DNA of 32,000 bases from Synechocystis sp. PCC 6803 substr. PCC-P (lineage in GTDB: Bacteria > Cyanobacteriota > Cyanobacteriia > Cyanobacteriales > Microcystaceae), in NCBI RefSeq assembly GCF_000284455.1, contig NC_017039.1, forward strand, positions 1,560,001 to 1,592,000, read 5' to 3'. A model generated the notes under the pieces. The model was not told the DNA's origin, did not search any database, and saw only the letters and a list, made by a program, of their open reading frames with translations. Made by a program: the position numbers and the translations under genes. The stretch's first letter is position 1. Every line of letters begins with the position of its first letter. Positions 18,652 to 26,926 of this stretch are shown here, in pieces.

Positions 18652-19566
18652 TCATATTTTTCGTGATTCTAATATAAATTCAATTAGTTTATCTCTATCC
18701 CAAAGCTCCACTTTATTTCTGTATGCTAACTCTTTAGCATTTTCGGTATAACTATTATTAGTTACAACAATAGCAATATCAGCATCATAATATCCCTTAG
18801 CACCAAGAATTTCTTGAATAGCTTTTACACTAACAGCACTGGCACTTCTCTTTGCCTGAATAACATATTTTTTACGATCTTTCATCAAAATTAGATCAGC
18901 ACCAAAATCTTGAGTTTGTTGAGTCAAAGATCCCCTGTAGCCCATCCTAGTAAAATGCGTTAGTAATACTTTTTCAAAATCAACTCCATCCATTTTATCA
19001 ATACTATCCATACCGGACTCAATAAGTTTTTGCTGTTCTTTGCATTCTTTTTTTAAGTCTAAAGTATCATATAAAAATATGATATGAGAATTAATATAAT
19101 TGGACGATTCTTCCCATTTTTTCATTTTATTTCTTTTTTCATTATTTTCCTCTTTCATTTCTTTACAAATTCTTGTGTCATAATAATGATCTTCTATTAA
19201 TCTTGATTGGCTATCTACTGTTTCCCAAACAGAATAAATAGTTTTTGATTGCTCAATATATTTTTCTATATGTTCTATATCTTCTTCTAAATTTTTTGTA
19301 TTTTTTCTGTCTTCACTCAAAATATTTTTGCTGACTTGATTCCATTCCTGGCTTATTCTCTCTTTTTCAAAAACTAACATTTCTCCGTATCTTTCAACAG
19401 CATCCCATATTGCTTTAGCTTCAGTATTTCTAGCTTCCCTTTTTTTCCTTTTTTCTTCTTCCTTTTTTTTATCTTCTTCATCCCAAGCATTTTTAATTTT
19501 ATTAAATCCCCAAACAAATGTAGCAGTAGCACCAGCACCTATTAACCAAGGAAGAACTAATATCAT
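18652..19566 (-). CDS. Membrane-anchored coiled-coil protein with C-terminal Mrr-type (PD-(D/E)xK) restriction-endonuclease domain
   Basis: N-terminal TM helix (MILVLPWLIGAGATATFVWGF), about 170 aa of Lys/Glu-rich predicted coiled coil, then FEKVLLTHFTRMGY...DFGADLILMKDRKKYVIQAKR...VKAIQEILGAKGYYDADIAIVVTNNSYTENAKELA. That pattern matches Mrr_cat (FE..L...GY, D.G.D, QxK, V.E, vvT...FT..A). AGAGGA lies upstream of the ATG. Confidence 0.8.
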   Translation of the reverse strand: MILVLPWLIGAGATATFVWGFNKIKNAWDEEDKKKEEEKRKKREARNTEAKAIWDAVERYGEMLVFEKERISQEWNQVSKNILSEDRKNTKNLEEDIEHIEKYIEQSKTIYSVWETVDSQSRLIEDHYYDTRICKEMKEENNEKRNKMKKWEESSNYINSHIIFLYDTLDLKKECKEQQKLIESGMDSIDKMDGVDFEKVLLTHFTRMGYRGSLTQQTQDFGADLILMKDRKKYVIQAKRSASAVSVKAIQEILGAKGYYDADIAIVVTNNSYTENAKELAYRNKVELWDRDKLIEFILESRKI

Positions 19567-19613
19567 TTACCATTTCCTCTAAACGTATAAATTTATTATG
19601 AAATTAAGGAGAG

Positions 19614-19862
19614 CTAAGCGCTACATAAGTTAATTATTCTATACACACTAGCCTGACTAATCCCCAACTCCCTTGCTACATAAGCTTTAGACCTACCATG
19701 ACGTACAAGAGTTACAACCTGTTCCGGTACACCGTCACTGATAGGTTTTCTAGCCTCATACTTCTCTTCAGCCTTAGCTACCCCTTCACGCTGACGCTCT
19801 AGCATCATCTCTCTTTCAAACTGCCCCACACCACCAAGCAAGGTAATCGTCAATCTTCCCAA
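19614..19862 (-). pseudogene. Serine recombinase (resolvase/invertase) remnant: only the C-terminal third and HTH survive
   Basis: GRLTITLLGGVGQFEREMMLERQREGVAKA...VVTLVRHGRSKAYVARELGISQASVYRIIN matches the E-helix plus HTH of Hin/Tn3-type resolvases. The roughly 100-aa catalytic N-domain (with the Ser nucleophile) is absent. The frame opens with TTG, and an in-frame TAA lies 13 codons upstream (19899..19901). Confidence 0.75.
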
Positions 19863-19938
19863 CTTCTGGTAGTTTGCTAGTAAGTTACAGTGCCAAACTT
19901 AACGGCCAGAATATTTTTTGCATAAAAGCTTTGACCAT

Positions 19939-19954
19939 GGGTTTGTTACGGAAA
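19939..19954. repeat. Right direct repeat flanking the AT-rich islet
   Basis: GGGTTTGTTACGGAAA, 5 nt from the stop codon (19960..19962) of the BASS transporter gene. Confidence 0.7.
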
Positions 19955-19959
19955 AGTTT

Positions 19960-20838
19960 TTATGTAGATTTGAGCCCCCTAAATATTTTGGCTTTCAGTA
20001 AACCAGCAAAAATGCCACTGGTCAAGAACATAACAACGGAATAAATTGCAGCAGGAATGGCCATAATAGGAGCATTTAAAAGAGTTGTGGCAATGGCGAT
20101 CGCCAAAGTGCCGTTTTGGATACCCACTTCAATGGTGATAGATTTTCTTTCAGCAAGCCCTAGCCCCGCCAAGATAGCAATGCCATAACCCAGCCCCATA
20201 GTGAGAAGATTGAGCGTTACAGTTACTCCCCCCACTTGGAGGAAAAAGTCTGCCAAGTTTTCCCGCTCTTTGACTAGAATAGCAACGATAATAATACCAA
20301 GAAAAAATAGGGAAAGCCATTTAACATTTTTCTCCATTACCATGGCAATTTTAGGCAAGAAATGGTAAAAAATCATACCTAAGCTAACCGGAATAATGGT
20401 AATTACGGCAATTTGTAAAACGGTTTTGAGAAAAGGAAGTTGGAGAGCAAATTGTTCCCCCATAAAATAATTTGCCGCCAGATTAACCACCAGGGGAATG
20501 GTGATGATCGTGACCAAACTACTGATGGCAGTTAGGGTAATGGAAAGGGCCACGTTGCCTTTGAGCAAATAGGTAATTACATTGGAAGTGGAGCCACCGG
20601 GACAGGCGGCCAAAATCATTAACCCCACTGCTAACTCTGGGGACAAAGAAAACAAAGATGATAGCCCGAATCCCACCATGGGCAACATAACTAATTGGGC
20701 GATTAAACCAATTGCAACGGCTTTGGGTTCTAGCCAAATGCGATTAAAGTCTTTAATGGTAAGCCCAAGCCCCATGCCAAACATAATCAAAAAAAGAGCC
20801 AAGGGCAAGAAAATAGTTGTTAAAAAATTGGACTCCAT
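19960..20838 (-). CDS. Bile acid:Na+ symporter (BASS/SBF) family transporter
   Basis: A polytopic membrane protein with FGMGLGLTIKDF, LVMLPMVGFGL, ILAACPGGSTSNVITYL and EVGIQNGTLAI, the characteristic SBF-family motifs. Confidence 0.88.
   Translation of the reverse strand: MESNFLTTIFLPLALFLIMFGMGLGLTIKDFNRIWLEPKAVAIGLIAQLVMLPMVGFGLSSLFSLSPELAVGLMILAACPGGSTSNVITYLLKGNVALSITLTAISSLVTIITIPLVVNLAANYFMGEQFALQLPFLKTVLQIAVITIIPVSLGMIFYHFLPKIAMVMEKNVKWLSLFFLGIIIVAILVKERENLADFFLQVGGVTVTLNLLTMGLGYGIAILAGLGLAERKSITIEVGIQNGTLAIAIATTLLNAPIMAIPAAIYSVVMFLTSGIFAGLLKAKIFRGLKST
20096..20103. repeat. HIP1 octamer (first copy after the HIP1-free stretch)
   Basis: Exact GCGATCGC inside the BASS gene. Confidence 0.95.
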
Positions 20839-20918
20839 GGGAGCAAATGATAAAAATTAATTTGATTTGAAATGGAAGTGTTGAATGATATTTGAAATAA
20901 AATCAAAAACTCTTTAAA

Positions 20919-20948
20919 ATTGTAAAATGCGGGGTAAATTCTTTGCAA
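20919..20948 (-). promoter_or_regulatory. Candidate sigma70-type promoter for the BASS gene
   Basis: On the minus strand, TTGCAA (20943..20948), an 18-nt spacer, then TACAAT (20919..20924), about 80 nt upstream of the ATG. Pattern match only. Confidence 0.25.
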
Positions 20949-21233
20949 ATAAACAAAGTGAGTGTATCATAATTTTGCTAAATTGCGAAAGAGCATTTGT
21001 TTTGTCTACCTGAAAATGGCCACCCAAAATTAGACATATTTTAAGACGTATCTAAGTTTATGCACATCTGGTTAGGATTGGTCCTAGACTAGAGTCAGAT
21101 GAAAACGGCAAATGTATTGAAAAGACTTAACTTGCAGGGAGTAACGTCCCAACAGGTGTTTTATGGAGTAAATTTCCCAGCAATTTGGTAAAATTCAGCC
21201 CCGTCAAACTTTGTAACCAACTAGCTATGGCCT

Positions 21234-22226
21234 ATGACAATTAGCACCACAGATACTTCCCTAATTATTTGGCCGGCCATGGGTTGTGGCACCTGGGCTT
21301 GGGGTAACAAATTGCTCTGGGGTTACCAGCCTGCTATGAATGGAGAACTGGAACGGGTGTTTAGGGAATGTGTGGCGGCGGGAATAACTTTTTTTGACAC
21401 TGGAGATTCCTATGGCACCGGCCGACTCCAAGGACAAAGTGAAAAACTGTTGGGGCAATTTTCCCAAGCCTATGAAGGACTAAATCAAGACAAAATTTGC
21501 CTGGCCACCAAATTAGCTCCCTACCCGTGGCGACTCACTCCCCAAGCTATGGTTGGGGCCGGCATGGCTTCCCAGCAACGACTACAGCGACCAATTGATC
21601 TCGTCCAACTCCATTGGTCCACGGCCAACTATGCTCCCTGGCAAGAACAACCTTTGCTCAAGGGTTTAGTCCAACTTTGCCAACGGGGCCACGCTAAGGC
21701 TTTAGGTTTATCCAACTTCGGTCCCAAGCGTCTGCAAAAGGCCTATGACTTTTGTCAGAATGAGGGAGTTAGCATTGTCAGTCTGCAGGTGCAATATTCC
21801 TTGCTTTCCACCGATCCCGTCAGCAAATTAGGCTTGAAGGAACTCTGTGAGCAATTGGGCATCAAATTAATTGCCTATAGTCCCCTGACCCTGGGGCTGT
21901 TGACCGGTAAATATGGTCCCCAAGGACCTTTTCCTCCAGGTATCCGTGGCCTATTGTTCCGGCGACTATTACCCAAAATTCAGCCTCTTTTGGATACTCT
22001 CCAGGCGATCGCCAGGGAGCGGGAAAAAACCATGGCCCAGGTAGCCTTGAACTGGTGTATATGCCAGGGGACTATGCCCATTCCAGGGGCAAAAAACTGC
22101 CAACAGGTACAGGACAATCTGGGAGCGCTGGGTTGGCAACTGGATCGGGGGGAGATGGACGAGTTGAACAATCAGGCAGCGGCCTTACCCCAAACCATGG
22201 TGCAAAACATTTTCCAAAGTCGTTAG
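21234..22226 (+). CDS. Aldo/keto reductase family oxidoreductase
   Basis: GCGTWAWG, FFDTGDSYG, ATKLAP, LVQLHW, LGLSNF and PIPGAKN are AKR signature blocks. Confidence 0.9.
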   Translation: MTISTTDTSLIIWPAMGCGTWAWGNKLLWGYQPAMNGELERVFRECVAAGITFFDTGDSYGTGRLQGQSEKLLGQFSQAYEGLNQDKICLATKLAPYPWRLTPQAMVGAGMASQQRLQRPIDLVQLHWSTANYAPWQEQPLLKGLVQLCQRGHAKALGLSNFGPKRLQKAYDFCQNEGVSIVSLQVQYSLLSTDPVSKLGLKELCEQLGIKLIAYSPLTLGLLTGKYGPQGPFPPGIRGLLFRRLLPKIQPLLDTLQAIAREREKTMAQVALNWCICQGTMPIPGAKNCQQVQDNLGALGWQLDRGEMDELNNQAAALPQTMVQNIFQSR

Positions 22227-22276
22227 TTTGCCAAAGGATTAACTGGGTTTATAAATACTAATCAAAGCGCTAGACT

Positions 22277-23527
22277 TTATTGACCCAAATCTTCGGGAAA
22301 GGGCCCTGGTCGCACTGCCATCATTTGTGGTTTTTGTCCACGCTTAACGGCGATCGCCAAAGGTTCCCCAATTTGACTCACTTCCACCCGTTCTTGAACG
22401 TCAGTGGCGGTTTTAACCCCCATGCCCCCCACTTCGAGAATGATGTCCCCTGGGGCCAACCCTGCCTGGGCCGCCGGGGAACCTGGACTGACTTGAATAA
22501 TTAAAACCCCTGTGTCCGCTGTCACCCCTGCCGGTAACTCCCCACTAGTCCGCAATTGTTTAGTCATTTCCGGGGTCAGGGTAACCATGTGGATGCCAAG
22601 GTAGGGATGCTCCATTTTGCCCTTGGTAAACAGATTTTCCGCTACATTTTGGGCCGTTTGAATAGGAATGGCAAATCCCAATCCCTGGGCATCGGCTCGG
22701 ATGGCTGTGTTGACTCCAATCACTTCCCCTTTGGCATTGAGCAGGGGGCCACCGGAATTGCCTGGATTGATGGCGGCATCGGTTTGGATAAAGCGCACCC
22801 GTTTATCTGGCACCCCCACCTCGGAACTAGAGCGGCCCAGGGCACTGATAATGCCAACGGTAACGGTGTTATCTAAACCCAAAGGATTACCAATAGCGAT
22901 GGCCCATTCTCCAGGCTGCAGGCGATCGGATTGGCCAATTTCCACCACAGGCAAATTTTCCGCTTCAACTTTCACTACGGCCACATCGGTCATCGTATCA
23001 ATTCCCATCACCTTACCTTCGAGGACGGAGCCATCTTTAAGGGTGACCTTAACTGTGCTGGCCCCTTCCACCACATGGGCATTGGTTAAAACTTCGCCGT
23101 CAGAACTCAAAATAAAACCCGAGCCAGTGCCCTGTTCCCTTGGGTCGGGGTTAGGGGGCATTTCCTCACCAAAAAAGCGACGGAAAAAGGGTTGGTCTCC
23201 CATGGGGCCGCCCTGGGAAACAGCAGTCCTTTCCGAATCAATTCTGACCACTGCGGGGCCAATTTTTTGCACAGCCCGGGCGATGAAATTTAGCTCCTGA
23301 TCATCCTGGGCAGAGCGAGGCAGAGTTAGGGGGAGGGCACTGCGGTAATTGCTCTCCACCGGGGCAGGAGTCAGACTTTGGGGACTGGTGTTGACAGGGG
23401 AGTCGGGGGAGGAATGGTTTTGGCCTGAAGACAAAAGATAACCCCCCCCAGCGGCACCGATCGCCCCACCGAAAAGGAGTAAAAGCACGGCCACGCCTAA
23501 ATGTGATGCCTTCAGATGGATTGCCAT
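22277..23527 (-). CDS. hhoB: HtrA/DegP-family periplasmic serine protease with one PDZ domain (HhoB)
   Basis: Catalytic triad context TNAHVV, DVAVVK and GNSGGPL, with a C-terminal PDZ (GSPAAQAGLAPGDIILEVGG). The 416-aa length and the neighbourhood match my memory of Synechocystis HhoB rather than HhoA or HtrA. Confidence 0.88.
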   Translation of the reverse strand: MAIHLKASHLGVAVLLLLFGGAIGAAGGGYLLSSGQNHSSPDSPVNTSPQSLTPAPVESNYRSALPLTLPRSAQDDQELNFIARAVQKIGPAVVRIDSERTAVSQGGPMGDQPFFRRFFGEEMPPNPDPREQGTGSGFILSSDGEVLTNAHVVEGASTVKVTLKDGSVLEGKVMGIDTMTDVAVVKVEAENLPVVEIGQSDRLQPGEWAIAIGNPLGLDNTVTVGIISALGRSSSEVGVPDKRVRFIQTDAAINPGNSGGPLLNAKGEVIGVNTAIRADAQGLGFAIPIQTAQNVAENLFTKGKMEHPYLGIHMVTLTPEMTKQLRTSGELPAGVTADTGVLIIQVSPGSPAAQAGLAPGDIILEVGGMGVKTATDVQERVEVSQIGEPLAIAVKRGQKPQMMAVRPGPFPEDLGQ

Positions 23528-23640
23528 GGAGAATTGTTAATAGTCAGTGTTTTAACTTTAACAAACTGGAGCTGGGGAAATTGTCGCCAAAGGACGAAAA
23601 CTCTTTCCCCTTCAACCCAGCTAAATGGCAGCGCAAAACT

Positions 23641-24111
23641 CTATTCCCAAAAGGGATTACTCTGGCCGTGGGTGCAGACCATATTTTGATTATTAGCTAA
23701 GTTATTCATCCAGCTTGTCATCTCTGCTTTACCGCCTTCCCCTTCTAGCCAAAAGACAGTGATTAAGCCCATGGTGGCGTTAGTTTCACAAGAAAAAGTG
23801 GCATCCCCTGGATCAACGGAGGGAATATTTTGTTCGCATGCCCAAGTCTGGTCTGGGTTAACGGTTTCCTGCCAACCTTTCAGCTCCTTAACTTCTACAG
23901 CAACACTTTTACTACCGTTTTTACATATCCAAGTGATCAACTGGTCGGGTTGGTCGGTGATGTCATCTACATCGGGGGTATCCAAAGCCTCTTGCACGGT
24001 GGGTATGTCATCCCCTGGAGCTACCTGGGCTGAAGTGGTTAATCCATAGCCCCCTGTGGCCATCAACACCGACACGGATAGGGCAATTCCCCGCAGTAAA
24101 GATTTCATCAC
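23641..24111 (-). CDS. Secreted Cys-containing hypothetical protein
   Basis: Signal peptide MMKSLLRGIALSVSVLMATGGYGLTTSAQV; the acidic mature part has four Cys. I recognise no family. Confidence 0.6.
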   Translation of the reverse strand: MMKSLLRGIALSVSVLMATGGYGLTTSAQVAPGDDIPTVQEALDTPDVDDITDQPDQLITWICKNGSKSVAVEVKELKGWQETVNPDQTWACEQNIPSVDPGDATFSCETNATMGLITVFWLEGEGGKAEMTSWMNNLANNQNMVCTHGQSNPFWE

Positions 24112-24236
24112 AACTTACCCTCTGGAAAAAGTGATTCAAGATATTCAAGACACATTGACCATAGCATTTTTCCCTAAAAAGCTGGGGCAAAAGGGTGCTA
24201 TTTCTGCAACTGGACTGGCCCTAGGACTAAGTAGTT

Positions 24237-26048
24237 TTAACTAGTCTTTTTCTCTGCTTTGATCCAGGCAGTTAAGGTGGGGACAACGGCGGCGATCGCC
24301 AGATTTTGCACACTTTTATCGGCCCGCTTGACCACTTCTAGCTGTCCTTGTTTGAGGGATTTGCCGGTGACAACCCGATAAGGAATGCCAATAAGTTCAG
24401 AGTCTTTAAATTTGACCCCGGCCCGTTCGTTGCGGTCATCCAGCAGCACATCTACCTCGGCGGCCTGGAATTCTGTGTAAATTTGCTCGGCCACCTGCAT
24501 TTGTTCTTCGTCCCCCACATTGGGTACCACAATGACTACTTCGTAGGGGGCGATCGCCGTGGGCCAAATAATGCCGTCTTTATCGTAACTCTGCTCAACG
24601 GCGGCCTGGGCTAAGCGGGACACGCCAATGCCGTAACAGCCCATCACCAAAGGTTTTTCTTCCCCCTGTTCGTTGGTGAAGGTAGCTCCCATGGCTTGGG
24701 AATATTTGGTGCCCAATTGGAAAATATGCCCCACTTCGATACCCCGGGCAGTTTTCAGTTCCCCTGTGGGGTCATGGACCGGGCGATCACCAGCCAGAGC
24801 TTTACGCACATCCACCACCAATTTAGGCAGGGTAAAGTCGGTGCTCCAGTTGGCTCCAGTAACATGGTAATCAACTGCATCAGCGCCGGTGGCAAAGTTG
24901 GTCAAATCCACCGCGGTTTGATCTACCAGCCGGAGAAATTTGTCTGCTACTTGTTTATTTGTGGCAATGTAATCATCACTAATGCCGGGGGAAATATAAC
25001 CCAAAGGTAACGGTTTTGCCGCCCATTTTTGCTGTTCTTTTTCATCGGGAACAGTCAAACTTAAAATATTAGTGCTTTCATAATGGGGAGCTAGTTTGGT
25101 CAACTCGTTGGTTAATTTAACTTCATTAACTTCTTGATCACCCCGGATACTTACCAACACTAAAACCGCTTTGCCGGAATTGTACACCGCTTGATATAAA
25201 ACGTTTTTCACCACATTGCTGGCATCACAGTCTAAGCATTGGCACATCTTGGCGATCGTGGCGGTATTGGGGGCTGACTGTTTTTTATAACCACTAAAAG
25301 GGGAAGGTTTAGCATCGGGGGCAAGGGACACTGCTTTTTCCACATTGGCGGAATATAAACCATCTTCGGTGTAGAGAATTTCATCTTCCCCGGCATCGGC
25401 CAGCACCATAAACTCCTGGGAACCGGAACCACCGATCGCCCCGGAATCCGCATCCACCGGCCGGAAATCTAGACCACAGCGGCTAAAAATATTTCTGTAG
25501 GCCTGGTCCATGGCCCCGTAGGTTGCCTTTAAACTAGCTTCGTCACTGTGGAAAGAATAGGCATCTTTCATAATGAACTCCCGCCCCCGCATAAGCCCAA
25601 AACGGGGACGAATTTCATCCCGGAATTTGGTCTGAATTTGGTATAAATTCACCGGCAATTGACGATAGGAACGGATCATTTCCTTGGCGATCGCCGTGAT
25701 TACTTCTTCATGGGTGGGGCCCAAACCAAGTTCCCGTTCTAGTCGATCCCGGAGGGCAAACATAATTCCTTCGGACTCTGTGTAGGTATCCCACCGTCCT
25801 GACATTTTCCACAATTCCGACGGCTGTAGCTGGGGCAATAGGCACTCCTGGGCCCCGGTGCGATTCATTTCTTCCTGGACAATGCGCTTCACTTTTTCTA
25901 GCACCCGCCATATCAGAGGTAAGTAGGCGTATAGACCACTGCCCAAACGACGGATAAAACCGGCCCGCACCAGAAGTTTATGACTGGGGATTTCCGCATC
26001 CGCTGGATCGTCTCTGAGGGTGACAAAGAGCATCTGGGACAGTCGCAT
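24237..26048 (-). CDS. proS: Prolyl-tRNA synthetase
   Basis: [45 protein letters not shown] is the canonical ProS N-terminus. Class II motifs are present ([27 protein letters not shown]). I prefer the Met at 26048 to the listed start at 26090. Confidence 0.95.
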   Translation of the reverse strand: MRLSQMLFVTLRDDPADAEIPSHKLLVRAGFIRRLGSGLYAYLPLIWRVLEKVKRIVQEEMNRTGAQECLLPQLQPSELWKMSGRWDTYTESEGIMFALRDRLERELGLGPTHEEVITAIAKEMIRSYRQLPVNLYQIQTKFRDEIRPRFGLMRGREFIMKDAYSFHSDEASLKATYGAMDQAYRNIFSRCGLDFRPVDADSGAIGGSGSQEFMVLADAGEDEILYTEDGLYSANVEKAVSLAPDAKPSPFSGYKKQSAPNTATIAKMCQCLDCDASNVVKNVLYQAVYNSGKAVLVLVSIRGDQEVNEVKLTNELTKLAPHYESTNILSLTVPDEKEQQKWAAKPLPLGYISPGISDDYIATNKQVADKFLRLVDQTAVDLTNFATGADAVDYHVTGANWSTDFTLPKLVVDVRKALAGDRPVHDPTGELKTARGIEVGHIFQLGTKYSQAMGATFTNEQGEEKPLVMGCYGIGVSRLAQAAVEQSYDKDGIIWPTAIAPYEVVIVVPNVGDEEQMQVAEQIYTEFQAAEVDVLLDDRNERAGVKFKDSELIGIPYRVVTGKSLKQGQLEVVKRADKSVQNLAIAAVVPTLTAWIKAEKKTS

Positions 26049-26258
26049 AATGAGCCTAGGTAAATGACGCACTGACCCATTATCCCACACCAGTTAAATT
26101 GTGTTGAATGACTGCGCCGAGAATCCCTTAATTCAGCTAAAATCGGAGTGCCACTTGAATCCGGGGATGTATTTGCTCTGTATTTTCCCCAGTATTTTGC
26201 TCCCGCTCCCCTATGATAATTTTTCTCGTCTAGTTATCACTTTCCCCAGCTCTCTGCC

Positions 26259-26855
26259 ATGGATTTTCTCGCCTCCGAGTCCTCAGCCCCCGTCAATGCC
26301 GGCGTTCATGTCAATGTGATGGAAACGTTGGTCTATGAAGAGATTGATAAACAACTGCGTTTTTACCCCAAAAACTTGAGAAATTATCTCAATTTAACCG
26401 AGGTGGCAACCTACGCCCTCAATCGTTTACCGCCCCTCTATGCCTCCAGTGTGAAGGGAGTGGAAGAACAACGTCGGGTGGCGGCCCGCCAGTATCGCAG
26501 TGAGTTGACTTCCGCCGTTCGTCGGGCGATCGCCGCAGTGGAGAGGGACCCTTTACGAAGCTCTGAACCCATCGTTTCGGAAATTGAGGTGAATTATCGG
26601 GGAGCAGAAAATACCCTGGGACAAATTCAGGAATTGCTCAAACGCTACAACTTGTTGGAACCAGTTAACAAAGAAGTTACCTGGGACAATTGTTTACCTT
26701 TACTAAGGCAAGCCTTTTTGAAATTGACCGCTGTCCAATCCCCTACTCCTCCCGCCATTAATGAACGGCGATCGATGCCTTTGCCGCCCCCGCCCCCCAT
26801 TAGAACTCCGGCCATGGATAACCGCCAGATTGACCCCAAAAATACCCTTTGGTAA
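26259..26855 (+). CDS. ComFB-domain protein with Pro-rich C-terminal tail
   Basis: NVMETLVYEEIDKQL...LTEVATYALNRLPPLYASS...R.AIAAV follows the ComFB (late competence development protein) fold pattern. The C-terminus is PTPPAINERRSMPLPPPPPIRTP. Confidence 0.7.
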   Translation: MDFLASESSAPVNAGVHVNVMETLVYEEIDKQLRFYPKNLRNYLNLTEVATYALNRLPPLYASSVKGVEEQRRVAARQYRSELTSAVRRAIAAVERDPLRSSEPIVSEIEVNYRGAENTLGQIQELLKRYNLLEPVNKEVTWDNCLPLLRQAFLKLTAVQSPTPPAINERRSMPLPPPPPIRTPAMDNRQIDPKNTLW

Positions 26856-26926
26856 TTGGTTAATTGGATTTATGGAGCCTTGGCCAGGATTTACTCTGGG
26901 TATATTTCCAAAGATGACCGACAAAA

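Noticed and set aside
22668-23300. 210-aa plus-strand ORF inside hhoB
   Set aside because: It is antisense to the HtrA-family protease, with a Pro/Ser/Thr-rich nonsense-like translation typical of antisense frames.
26049-26090. 14-codon extension at the 5' end of proS ([14 protein letters not shown])
   Set aside because: ProS proteins start at MRLSQ...; the extension has no conservation I recognise.
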